From contig NZ_JMCB01000008.1 of the NCBI RefSeq assembly GCF_000737315.1, forward strand, positions 496,001-560,000: DNA of 64,000 nucleotides. Reading direction: 5' to 3'. Below the pieces are notes generated by a model. That model was not told the origin of the DNA. It saw only the letters and a list, made by a program, of their open reading frames with translations, and made no database searches. The DNA is from Hyalangium minutum. Lineage in GTDB: Bacteria; Myxococcota; Myxococcia; Myxococcales; Myxococcaceae. The position numbers were made by a program, and so were the translations under genes. Shown here one piece after another: positions 22,863 through 31,920 of this stretch (the first letter of the stretch is position 1; every line of letters begins with the position of its first letter).

Positions 22863-23906
22863 ATGCACTCGCGCGTGGCATTTACCTCCGACGACACCCG
22901 GGACTGGGGCCCGTCTGTGGCGGGTCCGGGCATGCTGCTGGACATTCCCCGCGAGGGACGCTGGCTGCAGCGGCCCTCCCTGCACTTCGAGGTGGCCGCT
23001 CCGTACCGGCTGCGTCTGACGAGTGGCGGGCAGCCGCTGCTCTGGGTGTGCATCGACAGCTATTGGGATCAATGTGGCTTCCTCCGGGGCACCGCCAGCG
23101 CGCCCTGGGGATTGCCTCCGCTGCGGGCCGCCGAGCTCCGCGAGGTGACCCATGAGCCAGGAACCGACCGCTGGTGGGAGGCCTGGACGTGGCGCTTGGG
23201 CCGAGCGCTCACCGAGTCGCTCCATCCCCTGCTCTACGCGGGCCGCTGGTGCCTGCGGCCTGTCCGGGCCATCGACGTGCGCCAGGCCTCGCGCTACCCC
23301 ATCAGCCCCATGGAGTGGGGGTTCGGCGAGGAGATCGCTCCACCCCACTCCCTCGAAGGCCTCTCGCGCTTCGAGACGTTCTGGACCGAGGACTGGGCCA
23401 CGGAGTCCGTGCTCTCAGGCGCGGTGCTCCCGCTGCGAGCCGCTTCCCCGGAAGACGACGGCCGGGTGAAGAGCTGGCGCAAGCACGCTCGGGACCGGAC
23501 GTTGCCACCGGCGCTGCTGCTCTATGTGGACCTCCTGGCGAAGTGGCTGGTGCTGGATGGGCACGATCGCCTGCAGGCGGCTCTCCTCGAAGGGGTGACG
23601 CCGCCCCTGCTGGGGCTCTGGCCGGTCGTCGAGCGGGCGGACCCCTCCCGCGCCGTGTCGCAACAGGGGGCGCTGATTGCCGCCGAGTTCCAGCTGCGCG
23701 CGGGGGAGACTCCGCAGCGCATCGACCAGGTCAACCGCATGCTGGTGCGCAACTTCGCGGGGCCGCGGCGCGGCACCGTCACCCGTGCCTGGCCGCTGCG
23801 GGGTGGCCTCGAGGTGTGGAGGGCCGAGGTGCTGGCCTGGCGCCGGTGGAACACCTTCCCAACAGCCCCCCAGCCCTGGGAGTGGTTTGTGGGCACTACT
23901 TCTTGA
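22863..23906 (+). CDS. Trp-rich hypothetical protein with a ParB/Srx-like LVLDGHDR motif
   Basis: 347-aa ORF starting 7 nt after the previous gene; motif KWLVLDGHDRLQAALLEG. Confidence 0.7.
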   Translation: MHSRVAFTSDDTRDWGPSVAGPGMLLDIPREGRWLQRPSLHFEVAAPYRLRLTSGGQPLLWVCIDSYWDQCGFLRGTASAPWGLPPLRAAELREVTHEPGTDRWWEAWTWRLGRALTESLHPLLYAGRWCLRPVRAIDVRQASRYPISPMEWGFGEEIAPPHSLEGLSRFETFWTEDWATESVLSGAVLPLRAASPEDDGRVKSWRKHARDRTLPPALLLYVDLLAKWLVLDGHDRLQAALLEGVTPPLLGLWPVVERADPSRAVSQQGALIAAEFQLRAGETPQRIDQVNRMLVRNFAGPRRGTVTRAWPLRGGLEVWRAEVLAWRRWNTFPTAPQPWEWFVGTTS

Positions 23907-24441
23907 GAGGCAGTTCCAGCTTCGCCGCGATCTCGAACCATCCGCTGTCGATCACCTCGGCCGAGATCTCTCGCGTGGCGCAGTCCACCCGCAGGCGCAC
24001 GAAGTCCGCGCCGTCGTCTCGCTCCAGGTTGGCGTAGAAGACCAGCTCCTGAGGAGCCCGTCGCGGCGCCTCCCAGCTCGCCAGCCCGCGCTCCCCGATG
24101 GTGCCGCTGTGGATCACCTCCGGCCCCGGCTGATCCAACGTGAGGAAGTCCAGATCCTCCTTGGTGCGAGTCACCTTCGCCCCGGTCGCCAGCTCCACCA
24201 GCTCCATCACCTGCTGGAAGCTCGCCTCCGAATCCAGTTCCGCCTGAGTTCCTCGCAGCGCTTCGCTCAACTCCTCGATGGAGCGCGGCGCTGGCAGATA
24301 CCGCGCTCCGAGCTCCACCCAGACCTGCCAGCGGACCCAGGCCAGCCGCACGCCGGCCCGCTCGGCCCAGCGCTCCGCCCCAATTTCCTCGAGCCTCGCG
24401 CGCAGTGCTGGCTCTGCCTCGTGGAGTTCGTGCTCGCTCAT
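23896..24441 (-). CDS. Hypothetical protein (~181 aa)
   Basis: GC3-biased from MSEHELHEAEP onward; the upstream part of the track ORF overlaps the next gene and is not coding-like. Confidence 0.6.
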   Translation of the reverse strand: MSEHELHEAEPALRARLEEIGAERWAERAGVRLAWVRWQVWVELGARYLPAPRSIEELSEALRGTQAELDSEASFQQVMELVELATGAKVTRTKEDLDFLTLDQPGPEVIHSGTIGERGLASWEAPRRAPQELVFYANLERDDGADFVRLRVDCATREISAEVIDSGWFEIAAKLELPLKK

Positions 24442-24589
24442 CGCTGCCGATGCTACCCCTGGCCTGTTACGCCTGGGAGCTCCCCCCGCTCTTTGGGCTG
24501 CATGGCAGAAGCCTGACGGGGAGACGTGGGCACGCGCCACTTCCGGCGGTGGGAAAAAGTCGGCGCTCGACCATGTTGGCGTTACAGCT

Positions 24590-25984
24590 ATGCGCAAACA
24601 CTCACTGATCATTTCCAGTCTTCTGGCGGTGTGGATCGTCCTGGCATGCAAGGACTCGGCAGCATCGGTGGAGCGGCCTTCCGCCGTAAGCGCGAGCGAG
24701 CTGCCCGCGGAGGACTCGGGGCCGGCACTGCTGCGCCAGCCGTACCTGCAGAGCGTGGGGCAGACGAGCGCCATCGTGGCGTTCCGGACCGGCGAGTCGT
24801 GCACGCCCCTGGTGCGCTATGGCCAAGGGACAAACGTGTCGCAGACAGCGACGGCCAACGAGGCGGGCTGGCGGCACGCGGTGCAGCTCACGGACCTGAC
24901 GCCGGGGCAGACGTACAGCTACGTGGTGGAGGCGTGTGGCTCGGTCACCGGCGTGCGGCAGTTCCGCACCGCGACTCCCGCGACGGCGACGAGCCTCACG
25001 TTCACGGCGATGGGAGACTTCGGCACGGGCGACGAGACGCAGCAGGGGGTGCTATCGCGGCTCGCGCAGCCGGGCAACGCCGGCGAGCTGCTGCTGACGC
25101 TGGGAGACAACGCCTACTCCAAGGGCACCGAGCAGGAATTCCAGGACCGGATGTTCACCCCCATGGCGGCGGTGCTGCGGCAGGTGCCCCTGTTCCCCAG
25201 CCTGGGCAATCACGAGTATGGGACGGACCAGGGCCAGCCGTACCTGGACAACTTCTACCTGCCGGCCAACAACTCGGAGCACTCCGAGCGCTACTACTCG
25301 TTCGACTGGGGCCCGGTGCACTTCGTGGCGCTGGACTCGAGCTGCGCCATTGGCAGGGCCTCGCCGGATCGCTGCACGCTGGAGGCGCAGAAGCGCTGGG
25401 TGGAGCAGGATCTGGCCGCCTCGCAACGGCCGTGGAAGGTGGTCTTCTTCCACCACCCCTCCTGGTCCAGCGGCAAGCACGGCTCGGAGCTGACGATGCG
25501 GAACGAGTTTGGTCCCCTCTTCGAGCAGCACGGGGTGGACCTGGTGCTCACGGGGCATGACCACAACTACGAGCGCACCCAGCCGATGTGGGGCGGTGAC
25601 GTGGCACCCGCGGGGACTCGAGGCATCACCTACGTAGTGGTGGGCAGCGGCGGCGCGAAACTGCGGCGCTTCCCGGAAGAAGCGCCGAGTTGGACGGCGT
25701 ACCGCAACAACACGGACACGGGCTACCTGGAGGTGGCGGTGAATGGTGGCACGCTGACCGCCAAGTTCTACAACCCCAACGGCGAGGTGAAGGACAGCTT
25801 CACGCTGACGAAGACGCTGCCGGCCTCGGCGGGGCGCCTCGAGGCGAGCCCGGCCCCGGCGCTGGAGACGCCTCCGGGACCGGTGGACGATCCGGCGCAC
25901 CCGCCCGCCTGGCTGCACTTCGAAAAGCCCCTGCCTCCCGCGAGCCCGGAGTCGATGGAGGACGACGACGAGCCGTCGCCCTGA
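24590..25984 (+). CDS. Purple-acid-phosphatase-like metallophosphoesterase lipoprotein (FN3-like plus calcineurin-like domain)
   Basis: Lipobox VLAC; GDFG, GDNAY, GNHEY, HHP and GHDH metal-binding motifs. Confidence 0.9.
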   Translation: MRKHSLIISSLLAVWIVLACKDSAASVERPSAVSASELPAEDSGPALLRQPYLQSVGQTSAIVAFRTGESCTPLVRYGQGTNVSQTATANEAGWRHAVQLTDLTPGQTYSYVVEACGSVTGVRQFRTATPATATSLTFTAMGDFGTGDETQQGVLSRLAQPGNAGELLLTLGDNAYSKGTEQEFQDRMFTPMAAVLRQVPLFPSLGNHEYGTDQGQPYLDNFYLPANNSEHSERYYSFDWGPVHFVALDSSCAIGRASPDRCTLEAQKRWVEQDLAASQRPWKVVFFHHPSWSSGKHGSELTMRNEFGPLFEQHGVDLVLTGHDHNYERTQPMWGGDVAPAGTRGITYVVVGSGGAKLRRFPEEAPSWTAYRNNTDTGYLEVAVNGGTLTAKFYNPNGEVKDSFTLTKTLPASAGRLEASPAPALETPPGPVDDPAHPPAWLHFEKPLPPASPESMEDDDEPSP

Positions 25985-26023
25985 GCGGCGCACGCTCGGT
26001 CCCCTCGTGCCCCACCTGCCGTG

Positions 26024-28381
26024 TCAGGGGTTCGCTTGCAGCGGCTTGCGCTCCTTCACGCAGACCTGGACCAGCTCGACCATGCTCATGCTGGAGCCGC
26101 CGACGTCGAACTTGTGGTTCTTGAAATCGGGATACCCGTTCTCCAGGACGCGCCCCGTCACGATGCACTCATTGAACTGTTCGAGCGCCTCGCTCTTGCG
26201 CGACTTGGCCAGGAGCGCCTTTGCCGATTCGTAGGCCTTCTTCGGCCCCTCGTCGAACCGGATCCGCACGTCGACCTGCTTCTGTGGCTCCTGCAGCGCC
26301 TCTGCCTTCTGGGCACACTGAGCCATCACCTCTTTCGGCTTGGCCGGTTGACCGCCCACGAGCACGTCGGACGAGGCGAGCCTGGCGTTCTCCTTCAACA
26401 TCATGGCGCCTTCGTCCTGGCAGGCCTTGAGCTTCTCCATGGCGCTCGCGTACAGCTCCTTCCGCTTGCGGAGATCCGAGGAGGACGTAGCCGCAGCCGT
26501 CGCCGAGGTGGCGGCGTCCAGTGCCTCACCGGTCACCCGGCGCAGCGCCCGCTCCTGCTTCGCGAACTCGAGCACCTCCACCAACCTCAGCAGCTCGTTG
26601 CGCCCCCGCTCCGCGGACGAGGCGTAGCCGGCGTCCTGCCGCTCCAGCTCCATGCGCGTCTCGATCGCTTGCATGAGCGCGTCCACGCTCTTCGAGGCGG
26701 CCTCGATGTCGGCGTCGGTCGTCGTGAGAGCCTTCACGGCTTCGACCTTCTCCCTCGCCGTGGCCACCCGCTCGGTGAGCTGCGCGCGGGCCTCCACCGC
26801 GGACAAGGCGATCTTCCGCCGGGTGATGCGGTCGCTCAGCTCCGCCATTCGCTCCTTCGACTCCTTGGCGTACAGCGCGTAGTCGCGATCTTTCTTGACG
26901 AACGGGGCGCCCGCATCCAGCACCACGCCGATCTGCTTGACCGCGTTCTCCGCCTCCAGCAGCTGCGCCTCGGTGGGCTTGTCCTTCTGGATCTGGGCGA
27001 CCACGGCCGTCGCGTTCTTCCGCGCCTCGTCGACCTTCGCGCGCTGACGCTGCAGATCGACCTCGTACCGGCGCTTCTCCATCGCCGCCTTGCCGTCCTT
27101 GATGAGCTGGCGCGCCTCGGCGGCGGCGGGGCTGATCGCGGGGTTCTTCGCGTGAACCGTCTCGAGCGTCTTCGACAGGATGGTCAGTGCCGTGTTCGCC
27201 TCCTCGAACTGCTCATCGGTCGGCGCCCGCTTCTCGAGATTGCGCAAGGCCTGCACGACGTCGACGCGCGCCGCATCGAGGCTGCGGACCTGGAGCGCGA
27301 CCTCCACCTCGACGAGCGTGTTCTTCACCTCGGTGATGTACTGGCCGATCGCCGGACTCCGCGAGGCCTGCGGCTCGTACTTCTCCACCAGCTTCCGGAC
27401 GACGAACGCCGCGGTCTTGGCCTCGGCGAACTGCTCGGGCGTCGGCTTCCTGGCGCGCAGCGCCTTGGCGGACGCGACGAGCTCATCATGGGCAGGCCCC
27501 ATCTCCTCCTTGACCCGCGAGACGCCCGCCGCCGCCACGCTCTCCTCCATCTTCTGCTTCGCCTGGGCGATCTCGGCGCGAGCCTTGTCCGCCTCCGCGC
27601 GGTACGCCTTGTCGCTCGCCTCGAGCGGCTTGCCCTCGTCGAGCTGCTTCTGCAGCGCCGCCGACGCCTTGTCGGCGGCCCCGAACTTCTCGTCCGACCA
27701 GGCCTTGCCCAGCTCGGCGAGCGCGGTGGACAGGGCCTTGCGGCGCTCGTCCAGGAGTCCTCGCTGCTTCTGGGCCGACAGCGCCAACCACCGCTCGTCG
27801 ATCGCCTTCTCTTGACGGGAAACGGCGGTGTCGACCTCGGTGAGGTACGTGGCGAATTTCGGATCCTGCTTCGTCAGCGACCGGCTCTCATCGGCCAGCT
27901 TCTTGACCTCCGCCACCGCGGCGCGCGCATCGTCCATCTCCTTGGGACCGGGCTCCTTGCCCGCGACCTTGGCCATGCGCTCGTTCAGGGTCGCCATCGC
28001 GCTGTCGATGCGCCGGCGGAACTCGAAGATGTGGATCTTGGCCCGGCGCTCGTCGACGTACTCGCGCTGCGTCCGGTACTCCTTCCGCGCGGCCAGGACG
28101 GCCTTGGCGTAATCGAGGTCCTCCGTCTCGAAGCTCGCTCCTGCGTCGAGCGCGCTCTTCAGTGCGTCCACCGCCGCGAGGGCGGAATCGAGGTCCGCGT
28201 TGCTCGGCGGATCCTTTTCAATCCGTTTGACGGCGGCCGACAGGGCGGTGCGCGCGCTCTCGAGCCGCTTGGTTGCCTCCGCGACGGACTTCGCGGCGCC
28301 AGCCTCTGGCGCTCCGGCGGAAGCATCGACGGAGGCGAGGGCGAAGAACCCGATGAGGATCAGCGTGGGGGTACGTACCAT
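26024..28381 (-). CDS. Exported all-alpha repeat protein (~785 aa)
   Basis: Signal peptide MVRTPTLILIGFFALASVDASA; about seven helical repeats; Cys pairs near the C-terminus. Confidence 0.8.
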   Translation of the reverse strand: MVRTPTLILIGFFALASVDASAGAPEAGAAKSVAEATKRLESARTALSAAVKRIEKDPPSNADLDSALAAVDALKSALDAGASFETEDLDYAKAVLAARKEYRTQREYVDERRAKIHIFEFRRRIDSAMATLNERMAKVAGKEPGPKEMDDARAAVAEVKKLADESRSLTKQDPKFATYLTEVDTAVSRQEKAIDERWLALSAQKQRGLLDERRKALSTALAELGKAWSDEKFGAADKASAALQKQLDEGKPLEASDKAYRAEADKARAEIAQAKQKMEESVAAAGVSRVKEEMGPAHDELVASAKALRARKPTPEQFAEAKTAAFVVRKLVEKYEPQASRSPAIGQYITEVKNTLVEVEVALQVRSLDAARVDVVQALRNLEKRAPTDEQFEEANTALTILSKTLETVHAKNPAISPAAAEARQLIKDGKAAMEKRRYEVDLQRQRAKVDEARKNATAVVAQIQKDKPTEAQLLEAENAVKQIGVVLDAGAPFVKKDRDYALYAKESKERMAELSDRITRRKIALSAVEARAQLTERVATAREKVEAVKALTTTDADIEAASKSVDALMQAIETRMELERQDAGYASSAERGRNELLRLVEVLEFAKQERALRRVTGEALDAATSATAAATSSSDLRKRKELYASAMEKLKACQDEGAMMLKENARLASSDVLVGGQPAKPKEVMAQCAQKAEALQEPQKQVDVRIRFDEGPKKAYESAKALLAKSRKSEALEQFNECIVTGRVLENGYPDFKNHKFDVGGSSMSMVELVQVCVKERKPLQANP

Positions 28382-28589
28382 GCGGGCGTATTTACTACAG
28401 CGGGGTGGAGGGAGCCTCGGGATAATGGCGGCGAAACCCGTTCCGGCTCGCCCGGCTGGAGACCGGAGAGAGAGCCCGCTGGGCGCACGCGTCGTCGCTG
28501 TCGACTGGGACCCAGAGGCGGACAAAAATAGAACGGACCTCCTCTTTCTCATCGCCGACACGGCGGGTCTTTCGAGCCACTCCACACCT

Positions 28590-28965
28590 GGAGACTTCCT
28601 GAATGCTGAAGCGAATCATTCCGGCCCTTGCAGCACTGCTGGTGGCCTGTGTCGGCAACACCGAGTGCAGACTCGATGATCCACACTCATGCTCGTCCGG
28701 CCTCGTCTGCGAGCAAGTGAGCGGGGAGGATGTCCCCCAGTGCTTCGCGCCGGTGCAGGTCGAGGGGAAGGTGTTCGATCTGCTCTCGGGCCAGCCAGTC
28801 GCGGGCGCGGAGGTCACAGCGCTGGACATCAACGGGACCGCCGTAACAGGCGTTGCGGTGAGCGGCCTGGATGGCCACTACACCCTGCCCATCCCCACCG
28901 AGCGCTCGGACAGCGAGGGCACCCCTGTGGGCACGAGGGTGACGTTGCGGGCTGCTGCGCGCAAC
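28590..28965 (+). repeat. 376-bp segment duplicated in inverted orientation at 33453..33828
   Basis: Shared from ggagacttcctgaatgctgaagcg to gcgcgcaac, with scattered substitutions. Confidence 0.9.
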
Positions 28966-30009
28966 TACCGACCGTTCCCCTCGGGCGTGCGCATCTCACT
29001 GCCCCTGGACACCACGGGCGCCACCAGCGCCGGGAGTGAGCAGCCTTGGGTGCTCGCCTCGGCCCAGACGGACGTGGGCTTGAGCGCGGGACTGTCGGCG
29101 GAGCGATTCTGGCTGAACGTGTCCGGCACTGTGGAGCTGCCCACAGGCAAGCCCGCGCTCGTTGTTATTGAGGGCAACGGCCGGGTGTACTCCGCGGTGA
29201 CGGACGCCTCGGGGACGTTCCGGGTGTTCAACGTGACACCGGGGAGCGGCTATACGGTCCAGGCCTATGTGAAGGGCGCCAACTACACGCAGGTGGATCT
29301 CCAGGTGCCGTCGTCGGGCATGGATGTGTCCTCGGTGAGCCTGCGCAGGGCGGGAGACGCGAGCGCTGTGCTGAACGGCAGCGTGCAGTGGGTGGCGGGG
29401 GCCAACAGCGCGGGCACCAGCGTCGTGATGATGGTGGAGAGCACCTTCCATGACGCGCTCGTTCGCGGCGAAGTGCCACCGGGGCTGCGTGCGCCGGATC
29501 CAGGCCAGGCCCCCACGGTGACGGGGGCTTTCTCCATCTCCGGAGTTCCAGACGGCAAGTACGTGGTGCTGGCGGCCTTCGACAACGACGGCAACGTGCG
29601 CGACCCGGACCCCAGCATCTCGGGCACACAGATTGTCCACCTGACGGTGGCCAATGGCATCCCGAGCCTGAGTCCCTCGTTCAAGGTGACGGGCGCCATC
29701 GAGATCACCAGTCCGGGTCCCGGGGAGGCGACCGACCAGGTGACGTTCCCGCCAAAGTTCCGCTGGAAGCCCTACCCCAGCGCCAGTTCCTACGAGGTGC
29801 GCCTGTTCGACTCGCAGGGCAGTGAAGTGTGGGAGAACCTGGCGGTGGCTGCGGACGCCCAGAATGGCTCGGGCTTTGTCCAAGCGTCATATACGGGCAA
29901 GGCGCTGATCCGAGGCCTCACCTATCAGTGGCGCGCCACCGCCAAAGACACCTCGGGCAACCCCATTTCCAGCACCGAGGATCTGCGCGGCCTGTTCATC
30001 GTGCAATAG
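28603..30009 (+). CDS. Lipoprotein with carboxypeptidase-regulatory-like/Ig-like beta-sandwich domains
   Basis: Lipobox LVAC, Cys-rich N-terminus, GKVFD..SGQPVAGAEV and FSISGVPDGKYVVLA. Confidence 0.85.
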   Translation: MLKRIIPALAALLVACVGNTECRLDDPHSCSSGLVCEQVSGEDVPQCFAPVQVEGKVFDLLSGQPVAGAEVTALDINGTAVTGVAVSGLDGHYTLPIPTERSDSEGTPVGTRVTLRAAARNYRPFPSGVRISLPLDTTGATSAGSEQPWVLASAQTDVGLSAGLSAERFWLNVSGTVELPTGKPALVVIEGNGRVYSAVTDASGTFRVFNVTPGSGYTVQAYVKGANYTQVDLQVPSSGMDVSSVSLRRAGDASAVLNGSVQWVAGANSAGTSVVMMVESTFHDALVRGEVPPGLRAPDPGQAPTVTGAFSISGVPDGKYVVLAAFDNDGNVRDPDPSISGTQIVHLTVANGIPSLSPSFKVTGAIEITSPGPGEATDQVTFPPKFRWKPYPSASSYEVRLFDSQGSEVWENLAVAADAQNGSGFVQASYTGKALIRGLTYQWRATAKDTSGNPISSTEDLRGLFIVQ

Positions 30010-30037
30010 CGGCGACGGCCGCTGGGCCCAGCCAACC

Positions 30038-30420
30038 TTGCAGATGCTCCAAGCGGCGGGTTCGATTGCCGTTGCCTCCTGGCCGGAGTTCATGGGTCCG
30101 CTATCAAACATCCGGCCAGTCAAGCGCCTCATTCAACTCGCGCCTTTTGCCCGAGAAACTGTTGGACGGAAACAAGCAGGCAAGACGGAAGACACCGAAC
30201 AGGGGGTCGGCTCTTCGCTTGGAACTGGCGGTGCCGGTCTCCGAAACTGCGATGACGAACACATCCAGTGTTGTTCTCTCGCGTCGACGAAGCGATTGAC
30301 TGGATTAGGACTCACAAGGCTGAAGTGGCACTCGGAATGGTCGTTATCATTGCCGGAACCGCCTTCGTCATCACCACAGGCGGCACTGGCGCGCTGATTC
30401 TCGCTCCTCTTGCACTCTAA
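30038..30420 (+). pseudogene. Frameshifted/internally deleted remnant of a Cys-containing protein with a hydrophobic C-terminal tail
   Basis: One frame gives GTGGAGLRNCDDEHIQC; from 30274 another frame gives FSRVDEAIDWIRTHKAEVALGMVVIIAGTAFVITTGGTGALILAPLAL* (TAA 30418-30420). Confidence 0.55.
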
Positions 30421-30432
30421 CCTGACACGCCA

Positions 30433-30810
30433 ATGACCTATAACTCAAACTTCGACATTGACGCCGTCATGAAGACCGTTGGTACAGTGGGAGCAAAATA
30501 CCCGGAGGGTACGCCGGAAGACGAGGCGCTCCGAATTGTCTCGCTGGCGTTGCTTTACGTTCGCGACATCCAGAAGTTGGATGACTACCGTGAATATTTC
30601 CGGCGATTCTTCACCTACAAGCCTGTGACCATTGCTCAGACATTCGCGACAAGAGACGAAGCGGACACGTGGCTCGCCAGCGGAGAAGCAAAGGACGGCG
30701 ATCTGGTCAAAATCGCTGACCAAGGGTTCATCGTGATAGATGCGCTCAAGGGGTTGAAGTTCGTGCCGACGCGCCTGCCGGAGGAACTGGCACCTCCAGG
30801 TTCGCAGTAG
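30433..30810 (+). CDS. Hypothetical protein (125 aa), partner of the preceding remnant
   Basis: Clean ORF 12 nt downstream; AT-richer codon usage than the flanks. Confidence 0.75.
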   Translation: MTYNSNFDIDAVMKTVGTVGAKYPEGTPEDEALRIVSLALLYVRDIQKLDDYREYFRRFFTYKPVTIAQTFATRDEADTWLASGEAKDGDLVKIADQGFIVIDALKGLKFVPTRLPEELAPPGSQ

Positions 30811-30879
30811 GCCACGCTCGGGCGGTGCGGGCTACTGAGGTGGGCATTGCAGACCGTGTACGCGCGGCCCGCAAGTTCT

Positions 30880-31002
30880 GGCCGCTCGCATCCGTGAGCG
30901 GCTCCCCCCTGGTGGCCGCATGTACCCCCCGTGTGCCCCTCCAGCGGGGAATTGAGGGGTTTTGCTTCCGCCTTGATGCGGGTTCGATTCCCGCCGCTCC
31001 CA
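30880..31002 (+). repeat. att-like element ending in a tmRNA(ssrA)-3'-end-like sequence, copy 1
   Basis: gatgcgggttcgattcccgccgctccca at 30975-31002 (T-arm plus acceptor 3' strand); upstream matches 48473..48672 with an internal gap. Confidence 0.7.
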
Positions 31003-31159
31003 AGCAGAGCAACCCGCCGCTTTCAAGGCGCCGCCCTCTGAGAACGGCGGCGGCGCTCGCATTTTCGGGACCAAATCCGGTTTTTGGGACCCCAAAAGGA
31101 CCAAGCCGGAGACGGAAACGACATGAGCAAGACGTGGCTCGGCAAGTGGAAGCGTATAG

Positions 31160-31838
31160 GCGGGATACGCCTGGCTAGACAACGCGGCCACCATGAGTGG
31201 CCAGGTCATCATCCGAGACCTGGGGCTGGATGGAAACTCCGCCAACAACACCACCGCCGAGACGAATGGCATGGTGTTGCTGGCCGACAACGCTGTCGTG
31301 GAGAACACCCAGATCTTGAACATGCGGGGCTCTGGAATCCAGCTGACGAGCACCAACCGCGCGGGCACTCCAGCGAATGCACTCTCAAGCTCCTTCCCCA
31401 CGCTGGGAGGGCGCATCGCGAAAAATGTCATTTCGAAGCCGGGCGGCCACGGCATCCTCATCAAGGGTGTGGACTGGCTCGTCGAAGTGCTCGACAACCA
31501 GATCGATGGCACCGGCCTGGATGGTATCGTCCTGGACAGCGGTAGCGTGTGTGTGGTGCGCGGCAATGACCTCTTCATGATCGGCAAGAATGGGATCGTC
31601 ACCAAGGCCCATGTGTTCATCACCACCGTAAAGTAGCCTCACCGTGATCGGGAACACCCTTGATGGCGTGGGGGGCACTGGGCTTGGGAACAATGGCCTT
31701 CATTATACCTATGGTGTCGCTCTTTCGAGCACTGGGACCTGGATCATCAAAGATAACTTGATTAACCATATCGGAAGCATACACACGCCGTATTTGAAGA
31801 CGTACCAGAAAACAGATTCGGAATGCAGCAGTTTCTAG
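31160..31838 (+). pseudogene. Right-handed parallel beta-helix (pectin-lyase fold) gene remnant
   Basis: IIRDLGLDGNSANN, VVENTQI, IAKNVI, VLDNQIDG and VRGNDL. Stop at 31634-31636, then a frameshifted continuation LTVIGNTLDG; no intact 5' end. Confidence 0.65.
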
Positions 31839-31920
31839 GCAGCGCGCCGCCAGGCATCAGACATCCTTCCATTCAATTTCTCCATGCACTTTGAGTAGCT
31901 CGCCAGTATAGCGTGATGAC

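Noticed and set aside
26021-28531. Long antisense ORFs (also 7929..9656, 34951..36699, 36787..37956 and others)
   Set aside because: Shadows of GC3-biased genes on the opposite strand; no recognisable motifs.
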